Made by a program: the position numbers and the translations under genes
DNA from: Myxococcota bacterium
Lineage (GTDB): Bacteria; Myxococcota; B64-G9
NCBI GenBank assembly: GCA_022710975.1
Contig: JAKLGA010000009.1
Span: 245,547 to 309,546 of the forward strand
Length of the DNA stretch: 64,000 nt
Direction: 5' to 3'
Shown here: positions 1 to 12,001 of the stretch, in pieces
Numbering within the stretch: the first letter of the stretch is position 1
Layout: every line of letters begins with the position of its first letter
Notes under the pieces: model-generated
Seen by the model: the letters and a program-made list of their open reading frames with translations, nothing else
Told to the model about the DNA's origin: nothing
Databases searched by the model: none

Positions 1-1234
1 CCCGGTGGTGGGCGCGGTCGTAGATCACCCCGGCGATCAGGAACAGCGCCGGGCTGATGATACCGTGGTTCCACATCTGCAGCACCGCGCCGTCGATGCC
101 GGCCTCGGTGAAGGCCGCCATGCCCAGCAGCACGAAGCCCATGTGGCTGACGGAGGAGTAGGCGATCAGCTTCTTGAGATCCTTCTGCGCCATGCACACG
201 AAGGCCGCGTACACGATGTTGATGGTGCCGAAGATGGCCATGCCCCACTGGGCCCAGACGGTCGCCTCGGGCAGGATGGCGAAGTTCAGGCGCAGGATGC
301 CGTAGGCGCCCATCTTCAGCAGGATGCCCGCCAGGATGACCGAGATGGGGGTGGGCGCCTCCACGTGCGCGTCCGGCAGCCAGGTGTGGAAGGGGAACAT
401 GGGGATCTTGATGGCGAAGGCGATGAACAGCCCCACCCAGACGACCTTGGGGAAGGCCATGCCCAGCAGGTTGCCCACGCTGCCGAAGTCGTTCTCGGTG
501 GCCAGCTTGATGAGGTTGAAGGTGTGGTTGGCCGGGGAGCCGTCGACCAGCGTGGTCGGATTGGAGGCGAAGTACAGCGCCAGCATCCCCAGCAGCATCA
601 GCACCGAGCCGGCCAGGGTGTAGAGGAAGAACTTGATGGCGGCGTACTCCTTGCGCGGGCCGCCCCAGATGCCGATCAGGAAGTACATGGGCAGCAGCAT
701 CAGCTCCCAGAACACGTAGAACAGGAAGAAGTCGAGGGCGCAGAACACCCCGAACATGGCGGTCTCCAGCAGCATCAGCAGCGCCATGTAGCCCGGCACC
801 GAGCGCCGGGAGAAGTGCTGGCCGTTCTTCGCCCCGGGGACCGGGCTCGCATGGCCCGCGTCGTCCCTGGGGATGCCCCAGGGCAGCGAGGCCAGCACGG
901 CGATGAAGGAGACGAGCGCGGTCAGCATGACCATGGTGATCGACAGGCCGTCGATCCCCATGAAGTACTCGATGTTGAAGGCCTGGATCCACACCGCGTG
1001 GTGGACGAACTGCAGCCCGGAGGCCCGGGAGTCGAAGCCCAGCCACACCACGGCGGTCAGCCCCAGGGAGGCCGCCGAGCCGAGCAGCGCCAGCGCGCGG
1101 CTGGCCTGGTCGAGCACGGCCTGCGGCAGCCGGGTCAGCGGCCGGGTGAGCAGCAGCAGGCCGATGCCGCCCATGGCCAGCAGCGGCGCGAAGGTGATCC
1201 ACGAGAGCAGGCTCGAATTGCTTAGGGTTGGCAT
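1..1234 (-). CDS. nuoM: NADH-quinone oxidoreductase subunit M (partial; 3' end runs off the window)
   Basis: Minus-strand translation from ATG at 1234 gives MPTLSNSSLLSWITF...LIAYSSVSHMGFVLLG, typical of NuoM. Immediately downstream of nuoL. Absent from the ORF track because there is no stop inside the window. Confidence 0.8.
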   Translation of the reverse strand, partial: MPTLSNSSLLSWITFAPLLAMGGIGLLLLTRPLTRLPQAVLDQASRALALLGSAASLGLTAVVWLGFDSRASGLQFVHHAVWIQAFNIEYFMGIDGLSITMVMLTALVSFIAVLASLPWGIPRDDAGHASPVPGAKNGQHFSRRSVPGYMALLMLLETAMFGVFCALDFFLFYVFWELMLLPMYFLIGIWGGPRKEYAAIKFFLYTLAGSVLMLLGMLALYFASNPTTLVDGSPANHTFNLIKLATENDFGSVGNLLGMAFPKVVWVGLFIAFAIKIPMFPFHTWLPDAHVEAPTPISVILAGILLKMGAYGILRLNFAILPEATVWAQWGMAIFGTINIVYAAFVCMAQKDLKKLIAYSSVSHMGFVLLGMAAFTEAGIDGAVLQMWNHGIISPALFLIAGVIYDRAHHR

Positions 1235-1259
1235 CGTGTCGCGTACCCCGTGCGTGGCC

Positions 1260-3401
<2,142 letters not shown>

Positions 3402-3406
3402 GCGCG

Positions 3407-3718
3407 TCAGCCCTTCAGGGTGTCCAGGTGATCCACGTCCGCCTCGCGGGTGCGGCGGTGGATGGCCAGCACCAGCGCCAGCACCACGGCCGCCTCGGCC
3501 GCGGCCAGCACGATCAGGAACAGGGCGAAGAGCTGGCCGTCGAGCGTGCCCGAGCCGTAGCGCGAGAAGGCCACCAGGTTGAGCCCGGCCGCGTTCAGCA
3601 TCAGCTCGATGCCGACCAGCACCGCGATGGCGCTGCGGCGCACCAGCGCGCAGGCGAGCCCCGCGGCGAACAGCAGCGCCGCCACCACCAGGAAGTGCGG
3701 CAGGCCGACCTGGATCAT
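3407..3718 (-). CDS. nuoK: NADH-quinone oxidoreductase subunit K
   Basis: 103-aa membrane protein in three helices (LVGIELMLNAAGLNLVAF). Conserved position between nuoJ and nuoL. Confidence 0.9.
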   Translation of the reverse strand: MIQVGLPHFLVVAALLFAAGLACALVRRSAIAVLVGIELMLNAAGLNLVAFSRYGSGTLDGQLFALFLIVLAAAEAAVVLALVLAIHRRTREADVDHLDTLKG

Positions 3719-4263
3719 CGCCCGCCCTCCTCGCGCCTGGCGATCACCACCGCGCCGATCACCACGGCCAGCAGCACCAGCCCCAGGAGCTCGAAGGGCA
3801 GCAATCCCCTGGTGAGCAGGATGCGGCCCAGCTCGACGGTGGTGGGCGCGTAGGGCAGGGGCGCCTCGGCGGGGGCCCAGGGCGCCAGCAGCGCGAGCGC
3901 CACCAGCATCACCGCCGCCCCCGCGCCCAGCAGCAGCCCGAGGGCCGTGGACGGCAAGCCCGGGTAGCGGTTGGAGCGGGAGGCCACCTCGATGCGGCTG
4001 GTCAGCATGACCGCGAACAGCATCAGCACCAGGATGCCGCCCACGTAAACCAGCAGCTGCACCACCGCCACGAAGTCCGCGGCCAGGCAGGCGTACAGGC
4101 CGGCCACGCCCAGGAAGGTGCCCAGCAGCGAGAACACCGACCGCACGATGTTGCGCGAGAGCGCCGCGTACAGGCCGCAGCCCACGCTGAGGGCGGCCAG
4201 GCCGTAGAAGGCGAGATCCGCGAGCGACCAGGCGCGCTCCACCAGGCCCGGATCAGCCGGCAT
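3715..4263 (-). CDS. nuoJ: NADH-quinone oxidoreductase subunit J
   Basis: Internal Met of the 3715..4431 ORF (MPADPGLVERAWSLADLAFYGLAAL...) gives a ~182-aa NuoJ-like membrane protein. The upstream 56 codons are Arg/Pro-rich and overlap nuoI. Confidence 0.75.
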   Translation of the reverse strand: MPADPGLVERAWSLADLAFYGLAALSVGCGLYAALSRNIVRSVFSLLGTFLGVAGLYACLAADFVAVVQLLVYVGGILVLMLFAVMLTSRIEVASRSNRYPGLPSTALGLLLGAGAAVMLVALALLAPWAPAEAPLPYAPTTVELGRILLTRGLLPFELLGLVLLAVVIGAVVIARREEGGR

Positions 4264-4819
4264 GCTCGCCTCCCTCTGGCCGGGCGGGCGGCCGCGGCCG
4301 GTCCCAGGGCCCGGGCATGCGGGCGCGCAGGATGGAGCCCAGCGGCTTGGGCGCGGGCGGCGGCTCCTGCTTGGCCTTGGCCGGCTGCCGCGGCGCGTCC
4401 ACGAAGGGCACCACCAGGGCGCGCACGTCACCGGTGCCGCCCTCGAACTCGTGGCTGTGGCGGATGGCGCCGGTGGGGCAGGCCTCAGTGCACAGCCCGC
4501 AGAACATGCACTTGCCCAGATCGATGTCGAAGCGCTGGATCAGCCGGCCGCGCTCGGCGTGCTTGACCACCTCGAGCGCGATGCAGTCGATGGGGCAGGC
4601 CCGGTCGCAGGCGGCGCAGCCGGTGCACAGATCGAGATCGACCTCCAGCATGCCGCGGCTGCGCTCGGGCAGCAGCTCGATCACCGGCACCCGCATCCGG
4701 TCGGGGTACTGCAGGGTCACGGGCGCGCGCAGCAGGTAGGAGAAGGTCACCGCCAGGCCGTCGCCCACGCTCAGCACGGTCCGGCCGATGGCGCGGAGGT
4801 AGCTCGCCAGCGCGCCCAT
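4253..4819 (-). CDS. nuoI: NADH-quinone oxidoreductase subunit I (2x[4Fe-4S] ferredoxin-type)
   Basis: C-terminal 188 aa of the 4253..6079 ORF: MGALASYLRAIGRTV...CTGCAACDRACP...CMFCGLCTEACP. Two CxxCxxCxxxCP motifs. Its ATG overlaps the nuoH stop (ATGA). Confidence 0.85.
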   Translation of the reverse strand: MGALASYLRAIGRTVLSVGDGLAVTFSYLLRAPVTLQYPDRMRVPVIELLPERSRGMLEVDLDLCTGCAACDRACPIDCIALEVVKHAERGRLIQRFDIDLGKCMFCGLCTEACPTGAIRHSHEFEGGTGDVRALVVPFVDAPRQPAKAKQEPPPAPKPLGSILRARMPGPWDRPRPPARPEGGEHAG

Positions 4820-6111
4820 CAGCGCTCCTCCTGGCCGCGGGCGGCCTTGCGGAAGGCGCCGTAGCGCCGCGTCTGCCAGGCCGGATCGAACGCGCCGCGC
4901 GCCCCGCGCTGCAGCACGTCCAGGCTCACGCGGTCGCCCGCCCGCCGGATGTGGTGGGCCACGCGCCAGGCGAACAGCGCCCCACCGAGCGCGCCCAGCC
5001 CGGTCGTCCCCAGCCGCAGGCCGAGGTCGAGGGCCGAGCCGGGGACCACCGCCAGCAGCAGCAGGCTGGTGCCCAGCAGGCAGGCGAAGGCCAGCGGGAT
5101 CAGGTAGCGGTAGCACAGCCCCATGAGCTGATCGACCCGCAGCCTGGGCAGCGTCCAGCGCAGCCAGACCACCACGAACACCAGCGCCCAGGCCTTGGCG
5201 AAGAAGATCGCGAAGCCCAGCAGCTGCAGCCACACGGAGCCGGCCTGCTCGGCGGGGCTCACCCCCGGCACCTGCCAGCCGCCCAGGAACAGGCTGGTGG
5301 CGATGGCGGACAGCAGGTAGATGTTGGCGAACTCGCCCAGGAAGAAGCCGCCGAAGCGGATGCCCGAGTACTCGGTGTTGTACCCGGCCACCAGCTCGCT
5401 CTCCGCCTCGGGCAGGTCGAAGGGCGTGCGGTTGCCCTCGGCCACCGCGGCGGTGAAGTACAGGAAGAAGGCCACCAGGCAGAAGGGATCGCGGAAGACG
5501 AACCAGTTCCAGGGCGCCCCGCCCTGGGCGCGCACGATGTCCTGCATGGACAGGCTGCCCGCGCCCAGGACCACCACCAGCACCGCCAGGCCGGCCGGCA
5601 GCTCGTAGGACACGATCTGGGCCGCCGAGCGGACGCCGCCCAGCAGGCTCCACTTGTTGTTGGAGGCCCAGCCGGCCATCAGCACGCCCACCACCACCAG
5701 CGAGGTGATGGCCAGCAGGAACAGGATGCCCACGTTCAGATCGGCGGCGATCAGCAGCTGGCCGAAGGGCACGCTGACGAAGGCGGTGAACACCCCCAGC
5801 ATGCAGGCGTAGGGCGCCAGGCGGAACATGGGTCCATCGGCCTGGGCCGGGATCACGTCCTCCTTGAGGATCATCTTGGCGCCGTCGGCCAGCCACTGCA
5901 GGAAGCCGAAGGGGCCCACCCGGTTCGGGCCGACACGGCTCTGGGTGCGGCCGGCCACCCGCCGCTCGACCCAGGTGATGATCCCCGCGTAGGTCAGCGC
6001 CACCACGAACACCAGCGCGGCCACCAGCAGGATGGCCGCGGCGGCCAGCAGCTCCTGGCCCCAGGGGCCCAGGGACCAACGCGCGGAGAGGTGCTGGACG
6101 AGGCTCTCCAT
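4819..6111 (-). CDS. nuoH: NADH-quinone oxidoreductase subunit H (430 aa, C-terminally extended)
   Basis: NuoH/ND1 signature (GPNRVGPFGFLQ, YNTEYSGIRFGGFFLGEF). Roughly 90-aa C-terminal extension. Confidence 0.9.
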   Translation of the reverse strand: MESLVQHLSARWSLGPWGQELLAAAAILLVAALVFVVALTYAGIITWVERRVAGRTQSRVGPNRVGPFGFLQWLADGAKMILKEDVIPAQADGPMFRLAPYACMLGVFTAFVSVPFGQLLIAADLNVGILFLLAITSLVVVGVLMAGWASNNKWSLLGGVRSAAQIVSYELPAGLAVLVVVLGAGSLSMQDIVRAQGGAPWNWFVFRDPFCLVAFFLYFTAAVAEGNRTPFDLPEAESELVAGYNTEYSGIRFGGFFLGEFANIYLLSAIATSLFLGGWQVPGVSPAEQAGSVWLQLLGFAIFFAKAWALVFVVVWLRWTLPRLRVDQLMGLCYRYLIPLAFACLLGTSLLLLAVVPGSALDLGLRLGTTGLGALGGALFAWRVAHHIRRAGDRVSLDVLQRGARGAFDPAWQTRRYGAFRKAARGQEER

Positions 6112-6115
6112 GGCC

Positions 6116-7246
6116 TCACCGATCCACTTCGGGCGCGATCGGGTCCAGGCTGGCGATCAGCGCCACCAGGTCCGCGATCATCAGCCCCCGGCTGAGGTGC
6201 TCGACGATGCTGAGCGCGGCGAACGAGCTCGAGCGCCACTTGGCCCGGCTGGGCTTGGGGCTGCCGTCGGACACCAGGTACAGCCCCAGCTCCCCGCGGG
6301 CGCCCTCCACGGGCTGGTACACCTCGCCCGCCGGCGGCTTGATGGAGCGGGGCACCTTGGCCAGGATGTCGCCCGCGGGCAGCCGCTCCAGCGCCTGCCG
6401 GAGCAGGCGCACGCTCTGGCGCATCTCGGCCACCCGCACCGTCCAGCGGTCGTAGCAGTCGCCCACCTGGCCCTGCTCCCCGCGGCCCACCGGCACCTCG
6501 AAGCTGAGCTCCGGGTAGACCGAGTAGGGCCGGTCACGCCGCAGGTCCCAGTCCACGCCGGAGGCCCGCAGGTTCGGGCCGACCAGGCCCCAGCCGACCG
6601 CGTCCGAGGCGCAGATGACCGCCACGCCCCCCAGCCTGCGCACCAGGATCTCGTTGCCGCCGACCAGCGAGTGCAGCTCGTCCAGGATCGGCTCCAGGTG
6701 ATCCAGGTAGGCGCGCACCTTGCCTTGCCAGCCCTCGTCCACGTCGTGGGCCACCCCGCCGATGCGCACGTAGTGGTAGGTCAGGCGGTTGCCGCACAGC
6801 GCCTCGAGCAGGTCGTTGATGGCCTCGCGCTCGCGCAGCAGGTAGACGAAGGGCGTGTAGGCGCCCACGTCCATGGCGATCGAGCCCAGGGCGATGCAGT
6901 GGTTGGCGATGCGGTTCAGCTCGCAGGCGATCACCCGCAGGTACTCGGCCCGGCGCGGCACCTGCAGGCCCAGCAGGCGCTCCACGGCCATCGACCACAC
7001 CTGGTTGCAGAACATCGACTCCAGGTAGTTGATGCGGTCGGTGAAGGGCACGTAGGCCGCGTAGGTGTGGGCCTCGGCCAGCTTCTCCAGGCCGCGGTGC
7101 AGGTAGCCCACCTCGGGCACCGCCCGGCGCATGATCTCGCCGTCGGTGTGCAGCACGAAGCGCAGCACCCCGTGGGTGGCCGGGTGGTGCGGCCCCATGT
7201 TGAGCACGAACTCCTCGCGCCCGACCTGCTGCAGCTCGGGGCTCAT
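6116..7246 (-). CDS. nuoD: NADH-quinone oxidoreductase subunit D (49 kDa)
   Basis: MGPHHPATHGVLR...RIGGV motifs of NuoD, 376 aa. Directly upstream of nuoH with no nuoE/F/G between them. Confidence 0.9.
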   Translation of the reverse strand: MSPELQQVGREEFVLNMGPHHPATHGVLRFVLHTDGEIMRRAVPEVGYLHRGLEKLAEAHTYAAYVPFTDRINYLESMFCNQVWSMAVERLLGLQVPRRAEYLRVIACELNRIANHCIALGSIAMDVGAYTPFVYLLREREAINDLLEALCGNRLTYHYVRIGGVAHDVDEGWQGKVRAYLDHLEPILDELHSLVGGNEILVRRLGGVAVICASDAVGWGLVGPNLRASGVDWDLRRDRPYSVYPELSFEVPVGRGEQGQVGDCYDRWTVRVAEMRQSVRLLRQALERLPAGDILAKVPRSIKPPAGEVYQPVEGARGELGLYLVSDGSPKPSRAKWRSSSFAALSIVEHLSRGLMIADLVALIASLDPIAPEVDR

Positions 7247-7866
7247 GCGCCGCCTCCGCCGTCAGGCTGGCCGCCGGCCGGATCCCGGCCCAGGCCGCGG
7301 GGGGCCAGGTAGGTCTGCTTGGCCAGCTCGCCGGCGGTCGCGCGCGCCTCGCGCCGGGTGGGGATGCCGCGGTACTCCGCCGGCTCCTGCCAGTCCTTGC
7401 GCAGCGGGTGGCCCGGCCAGTCCTCGGGCAGCAGCAGGCGCCGGAGATCCGGGTGGCCGCGCAGCCGCACGCCCAGCAGATCCCACAGCTCGCGCTCGTG
7501 CCAGTCGGCCGCGGGCCACACCTGCGCCACGCTGTCCAGCTCGGGCGCGGCCCGCTCGAGCGAGGTGCGCAGCACCAGCGCGCGCCGGTGGCGGTAGGAG
7601 AACAGGTGCGCCACCACGTCGATCCGCCCGGCCTCCGGGCGGTCCACGCCGGCCAGGCTGCGCAGGAAGTCGAAGCCGAGCTCGGGCAGGTCGCGGGCCG
7701 CGCGGCAGGCCTCGCGCCAGCGCGCCGCGGGCACCTCCAGCCAGGCGTCGCCCGCGGGCGCGGCGGCCCCCGCGGGATCGGGCGCGGCGCCGCCCACCGT
7801 GGGCGCCTCGCCCAGCGCGCCGGCCAGGGCCGCCTGGCAGGTGGCCAGCTCCTCGGCCGGGCTCAT
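7243..7866 (-). CDS. nuoC: NADH-quinone oxidoreductase subunit C (30 kDa)
   Basis: Internal Met ([14 protein letters not shown]...) of the 7243..8097 ORF. The NuoC-like core ([28 protein letters not shown]) is present. The upstream part of the ORF overlaps nuoB. Confidence 0.8.
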   Translation of the reverse strand: MSPAEELATCQAALAGALGEAPTVGGAAPDPAGAAAPAGDAWLEVPAARWREACRAARDLPELGFDFLRSLAGVDRPEAGRIDVVAHLFSYRHRRALVLRTSLERAAPELDSVAQVWPAADWHERELWDLLGVRLRGHPDLRRLLLPEDWPGHPLRKDWQEPAEYRGIPTRREARATAGELAKQTYLAPRGLGRDPAGGQPDGGGGA

Positions 7867-8420
7867 TCCTTGCACTCCTTGCCCGCGGGCCAGGGATCGG
7901 CCGGCAGGGGCAGCTCGCCGCGGATCTTCCGGAGGTAGGGCTCGCGCTCCACCTTCTGCTGGAGGAGCATCAGGCCCTCGAGCAGCGCCTCGGGCCGGGG
8001 CGGGCAGCCGGGGATGTACACGTCCACGGGCACGATGAGATCCCCGCCCTTGACCACGCTGTAGCTGCCCTGGAACAGGCCGCCGGTGTTGGCGCACGAG
8101 CCCATGGCGATCACGTAGCGAGGCTCGGCCATCTGCTCGTGCAGCCTGCGGATGCGGCTGGCCATGCGGTAGGTGATGGTGCCGGCCAGGATGAGCACGT
8201 CCGCCTGGCGCGGGGTGGGCCGGAACAGGAAGCCGAAGCGGTCGGCGTCCGCGCGCGGGCCGCCTGTCTGCATCAGCTCGATGGCGCAGCAGGCCGTGCC
8301 GAAGAGCAGGTACCAGAGGCTGTGCTTGCGCGCCAGGTTGAGCAGGCCGTCGAGCGGGCCCAGGGCGAAGCCGCCCTCCGGTCCGGCCTCGATGATCGGG
8401 CGGTCGCCGGCGGCGCTCAT
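7863..8420 (-). CDS. nuoB: NADH-quinone oxidoreductase subunit B (20 kDa, N2 cluster)
   Basis: Internal Met MSAAGDRP... then NuoB motifs: [23 protein letters not shown]. Confidence 0.9.
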   Translation of the reverse strand: MSAAGDRPIIEAGPEGGFALGPLDGLLNLARKHSLWYLLFGTACCAIELMQTGGPRADADRFGFLFRPTPRQADVLILAGTITYRMASRIRRLHEQMAEPRYVIAMGSCANTGGLFQGSYSVVKGGDLIVPVDVYIPGCPPRPEALLEGLMLLQQKVEREPYLRKIRGELPLPADPWPAGKECKE

Positions 8421-8848
8421 GGCGCGGGGCTCCTCGGGCCCACCTCGACCTCGCGGCACTCCCCGGCGGTCAGCGCGCGCACCCAGGTGAGGTCGCCGCG
8501 CGCCCACACGTACACCAGCGCGACGAGCAGCACCGCCAGGAAGAGGAACATCTCGGTGAAGGCCAGCAGGCCGGCCCCGGCGGCCACCGCCTCGCGGAAC
8601 ACCACGGCTACCGGCACCACCAGCGCCACCTCCACGTCGAACACCACGAACACCAGGGCGATGACGTAAAAACGGTTGTTGAAGTTGAACCAGGCTGGCC
8701 CGACCGCCGGCTCGCCGCACTCGTAGGTGACCCGCTTGCTCGCCTCGGGCCGGTGGGGCCGGAGGAGCTTGCCCAGGAGCAGCAGGGCCAGCAGCGCGAC
8801 CCCGCTCACCACCAGGAAGCCGAGCACCATGCCGAGATCGAAGCCCAT
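8417..8848 (-). CDS. nuoA: NADH-quinone oxidoreductase subunit A
   Basis: Internal Met [14 protein letters not shown]... then YECGEP and [10 protein letters not shown], the NuoA/ND3 pattern. First gene of the operon. Confidence 0.8.
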   Translation of the reverse strand: MGFDLGMVLGFLVVSGVALLALLLLGKLLRPHRPEASKRVTYECGEPAVGPAWFNFNNRFYVIALVFVVFDVEVALVVPVAVVFREAVAAGAGLLAFTEMFLFLAVLLVALVYVWARGDLTWVRALTAGECREVEVGPRSPAP

Positions 8849-8967
8849 GCGGCGCACTCTCCAGGGCGGATGCCCTCGGACGGCCCTAAGGAAATCCGCT
8901 GGATAGCCAGATGTCAAGCGTCCATTTTCCGGCGGCCGGACGGAGATCCCGTCGCCCGGACGGGCGG

Positions 8968-8998
8968 TTGACAGGGGCGCGGGCCAGGGTCTACAACC
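8968..8998 (+). promoter_or_regulatory. Possible sigma70-like promoter (TTGACA ... TACAAC) for the lipoprotein gene at 9042, in the divergent region shared with nuoA
   Basis: TTGACA at 8968 and TACAAC about 19 nt downstream. Spacing is longer than optimal. Visual call only. Confidence 0.2.
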
Positions 8999-9041
8999 AA
9001 CCGAGGCACCCCGGCCTTTCGCCAGGGGGCGAGGAGCGAGC

Positions 9042-9860
9042 ATGCGCGAGCGATCCCTCCCGGTCCTGGTCCTGGTCGGCGCCGCCTGCCTGGCCGGCTG
9101 CTACTACTCTCCCCAGACCCGCAGGCCCAAGGCCAACGCGTCCTACCTGGGTGAGGCCGAGGCCGAGGAGGTGATCCAGCGCCAGCTCGCGCCCCACGGG
9201 GTTAAGCTCGTCAGCAACATGAAGCTGCAGCGGGACAGCGTCGCGTTCGAGGCCGACGGCTACGACCGGGCCCTGCGGGTGGGCTACGAGTACCGTTCGC
9301 ACGAGGGCATGGACTTCGAGGGCGAGGAGGACTCCACCGCGGACGGGCTCAGCGACGCCGAGATCGAGGCCCTGGTCGCCCGCCAGGACACCTTCCGCGA
9401 GTTCTTCCTGATCGTGCCCGAGGGGCCGCAGGAGGCGGTCACGCAGGCGGTCGACGCCTTCGTCAAGGAGCTGTACGCCATGGAGGTCCTCAAGCAGGCC
9501 AAGAAGGAGACCAAGCAGGACAACCTCTTCCCCGACGATCAGAAGAAGAACAAGGAGTTGCTTCCCTGGGAGGCCACCGGAGATCTTAAGAAGAAGCGCG
9601 AGGAGATGGAGAAGCAGGAGAAGGACAGGGACGAGGACGCGCTCGCGCCGGACGATGACTCCTGGAAGGGCGAAGAGGACGAGGACAGCGACAAGAAGCT
9701 CGACACGGACACGAAGAAGAGCCCGGCCGCGGACGAGCCCCGCCCGGCGGCGAAGAAGAAAACGGCCGAGGAGAAGAAGAAGCCCGAGGAGAAGAAGAAG
9801 ACCCCGGGCGACGACAAGCCGGAGGACGTGTGGGCGGACGACGGAGACGAGGACTTCTGA
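9042..9860 (+). CDS. Lipoprotein with a Lys/Glu/Asp-rich low-complexity C-terminal tail
   Basis: Signal peptide with lipobox (LVGAACLAGC). The C-terminal 120 aa is KKEEKKKPEEKKK-type low complexity. Confidence 0.65.
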   Translation: MRERSLPVLVLVGAACLAGCYYSPQTRRPKANASYLGEAEAEEVIQRQLAPHGVKLVSNMKLQRDSVAFEADGYDRALRVGYEYRSHEGMDFEGEEDSTADGLSDAEIEALVARQDTFREFFLIVPEGPQEAVTQAVDAFVKELYAMEVLKQAKKETKQDNLFPDDQKKNKELLPWEATGDLKKKREEMEKQEKDRDEDALAPDDDSWKGEEDEDSDKKLDTDTKKSPAADEPRPAAKKKTAEEKKKPEEKKKTPGDDKPEDVWADDGDEDF

Positions 9861-9921
9861 CGGTGCGGGGCCGGGCTGCGAGAGGCGGGGACGGTGAGAT
9901 GGGCTGCGAGAGGATGGACGC

Positions 9922-11997
9922 ATGAAGGGTAGCTGTCCGGAGTGCAGCCGCACGTACGAGATCAGCGACGAGTTCCTGGCCATGGGCGGCAAGGCCAAGT
10001 GCCCGCACTGCATGCTCGACCTGGACTTCGCCCCGGCCGGGAGCGCGGAGCCGGCGGACGCCCAGCCGCGCTCCCGGCGCCACCCGAAGCGCGCCCCGAC
10101 GCGCATCGCCCCCGACCTGCGCCCGGCGGCTCCCGTGGCCGGTCCGGAAGAGGTGGACGCCTTCTGCGACGCCTGCGGCAAGCGCTTCAAGATCGACGCC
10201 GAGTACCTGCGCATGGGCGGCGCGGCGGCCTGCCCGCACTGCGCCCAAAGCCTACGGATCGATCCGGCCACGGACCCCCGCCAGCCAGCCTCGAAGGAAG
10301 ATGACCTGTCCACCGACCGGCACGACGACGAGCCGGGCCAGGAGCCCTACGGCCAGACGGGCGGGTTCGGGCTGGGCGATCTCGGCCTGGACGCGGAGGC
10401 GGGCGAGGCGCAGGACGGGGCCGCGCCCGTGTCGGTCGACGACACGCGCGAGCCCCACGAGGGGGAGCCCGCGCTGGAGACCGAGGACACCGCGCTGCCC
10501 ACCGAGGTGATGAACTCGCCCTTCGTGGCGGCCCGCGAGCTGGCCGAGCCCGCTCCGCGGGCGGAGCCCGAGCCGTCGGCCGAGCCCTCGTCGCCCGAGA
10601 TCTCGGACGGGGGCTTCGATCTCCCGCCCATGCAGGTGGCGCTCCAGGACCGCACCCTGGCCGACCAGACCGTGGCCGAGCACAGCCTGGACGAGATGTC
10701 CCAGGACCTCGGCGCGCTCGCCGACCCGGCGACCTCCGCGGCTGATCTGGAGCGGGCCGTGGAGGAGGGCGCGGGCTTCCAGGAGTCCCTCGACGGCCTG
10801 TCCACGTCCCTGGAGGGTGAGCTGACCGCGGCCGAGGGCGCCGAGGAGACCGAGGCGGGGGAGGAACCGGCCGCGGCAGGATCGGAGGAGGACGGGGGCG
10901 GAGGTGGGGACCAGCCCGGCGAGTCACCGGCCGAGGTGGCCGGGCCCGGCCCCGGGCAGGAGGCCGGCCAGGCCGAGGCGGGGCGGTCCGAGGCGCGCCA
11001 GCCCCTGGACCTCGACGCCGCCCCTGCCCGGGAGATCACCGGCGAGACCGTGGAGGTGGACAGCCTGGCCGCGCAGGCCGCCTCCGGGGACGACTCCGGG
11101 GTGTTCTCCGGGCTGGCCAGCAACGACGACTGGGCCGAGGCTGCCCAGCGCTGGGCCAGGAGCGGCTTCAAGGCCGAGGAGATGCCGGGCTTCATCAAGG
11201 GCTCTGGCGGCGCGACGATCCCCGACTCCTCCGCGGAGGCCTCCCCGCCGACAGTGGCGGTCCAGCCTCCCCGGGCGCAACCCAAGGACTCCCCGCCCAC
11301 CGTGGCCGCGGTGCCCCCGAGCGCAGGACCGACCCGCACGACGCCCCACGGGGCCGTCCTGGCCGAGGCGCGTCCGGACACGGTGGAGGTCTCGGACGCC
11401 GACATCCTGACGCTCTCGGAATCCGAGATCCAGGAGGTGCCGGAGGCGCCCCCGGTGGGCGGCTGGGCGGCGCGGGCGGCCGAGGAGATCCGGGCGCAGA
11501 AGCCGGCCGAGCAGCCCAGGGTCCCGAGCCGGCCCAGGCTGCAGGCGGCCTGGCTGGGCAAGCTGGCCAACCCGCCGGTGCTGGCCGCGGTGCTGGGCCT
11601 GGTGGTGCTGGCCGTGGTCACCTGCCTGTGGTTGTTCCTCGGACGGACCGAGGACGTGGGCTCCCGCGTGTTTCCGGCTGAGGGGCTGAAGAACCCGATC
11701 GTGCCGGCGGCGGACCCGTCCCCGTACCGCACCCGGGACGAGGCGCTCCGGCACTACGGGCTCGGCAACCGCCTGGCCTTCGCCGGGGACGCCGAGGGCG
11801 CCATCGCGGAGTACCAGGCCGCGCAGCGCATCGACCCGGGCTTCCCGCACCCCCACCGCGCGCTGGGCGCCATGTTCGCCGCGCTGGGCAAGACCGAGCT
11901 GGCCGTGCAGTCCTACGAGTCCTACCTGCGCCTGAGCCCCCGCGGCCCGGACGCCGAGCAGGTTCGCCAGATCGTCCAGAAGTCCAAGGGGCAGTGA
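9922..11997 (+). CDS. Double zinc-ribbon (MJ0042-like CPxC...CPHC) protein with long acidic disordered linker, one TM helix and a C-terminal TPR-like domain
   Basis: CPECSRTYEISDEFLAMGGKAKCPHC and CDACGKRFKIDAEYLRMGGAAACPHC. TM helix LAAVLGLVVLAVVTCLWLFLG. TPR-like end (AIAEYQAAQRIDPGF...LAVQSYESYLRLSP). Confidence 0.7.
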   Translation: MKGSCPECSRTYEISDEFLAMGGKAKCPHCMLDLDFAPAGSAEPADAQPRSRRHPKRAPTRIAPDLRPAAPVAGPEEVDAFCDACGKRFKIDAEYLRMGGAAACPHCAQSLRIDPATDPRQPASKEDDLSTDRHDDEPGQEPYGQTGGFGLGDLGLDAEAGEAQDGAAPVSVDDTREPHEGEPALETEDTALPTEVMNSPFVAARELAEPAPRAEPEPSAEPSSPEISDGGFDLPPMQVALQDRTLADQTVAEHSLDEMSQDLGALADPATSAADLERAVEEGAGFQESLDGLSTSLEGELTAAEGAEETEAGEEPAAAGSEEDGGGGGDQPGESPAEVAGPGPGQEAGQAEAGRSEARQPLDLDAAPAREITGETVEVDSLAAQAASGDDSGVFSGLASNDDWAEAAQRWARSGFKAEEMPGFIKGSGGATIPDSSAEASPPTVAVQPPRAQPKDSPPTVAAVPPSAGPTRTTPHGAVLAEARPDTVEVSDADILTLSESEIQEVPEAPPVGGWAARAAEEIRAQKPAEQPRVPSRPRLQAAWLGKLANPPVLAAVLGLVVLAVVTCLWLFLGRTEDVGSRVFPAEGLKNPIVPAADPSPYRTRDEALRHYGLGNRLAFAGDAEGAIAEYQAAQRIDPGFPHPHRALGAMFAALGKTELAVQSYESYLRLSPRGPDAEQVRQIVQKSKGQ

Positions 11998-12001
11998 GCG
12001 C

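Noticed and set aside
4253-6079. 608-aa minus-strand ORF spanning nuoH
   Set aside because: Only its C-terminal 188 aa (NuoI, from the ATG at 4819) is protein-like. The upstream 420 codons are a G/R/P-rich alternative frame of nuoH.
9539-10248. Minus-strand ORFs 9539..9817 and 9586..10248, and plus-strand 9655..9897
   Set aside because: Ser/Phe or Arg-rich low-complexity translations antisense to, or frame-shifted within, the lipoprotein and zinc-ribbon genes.
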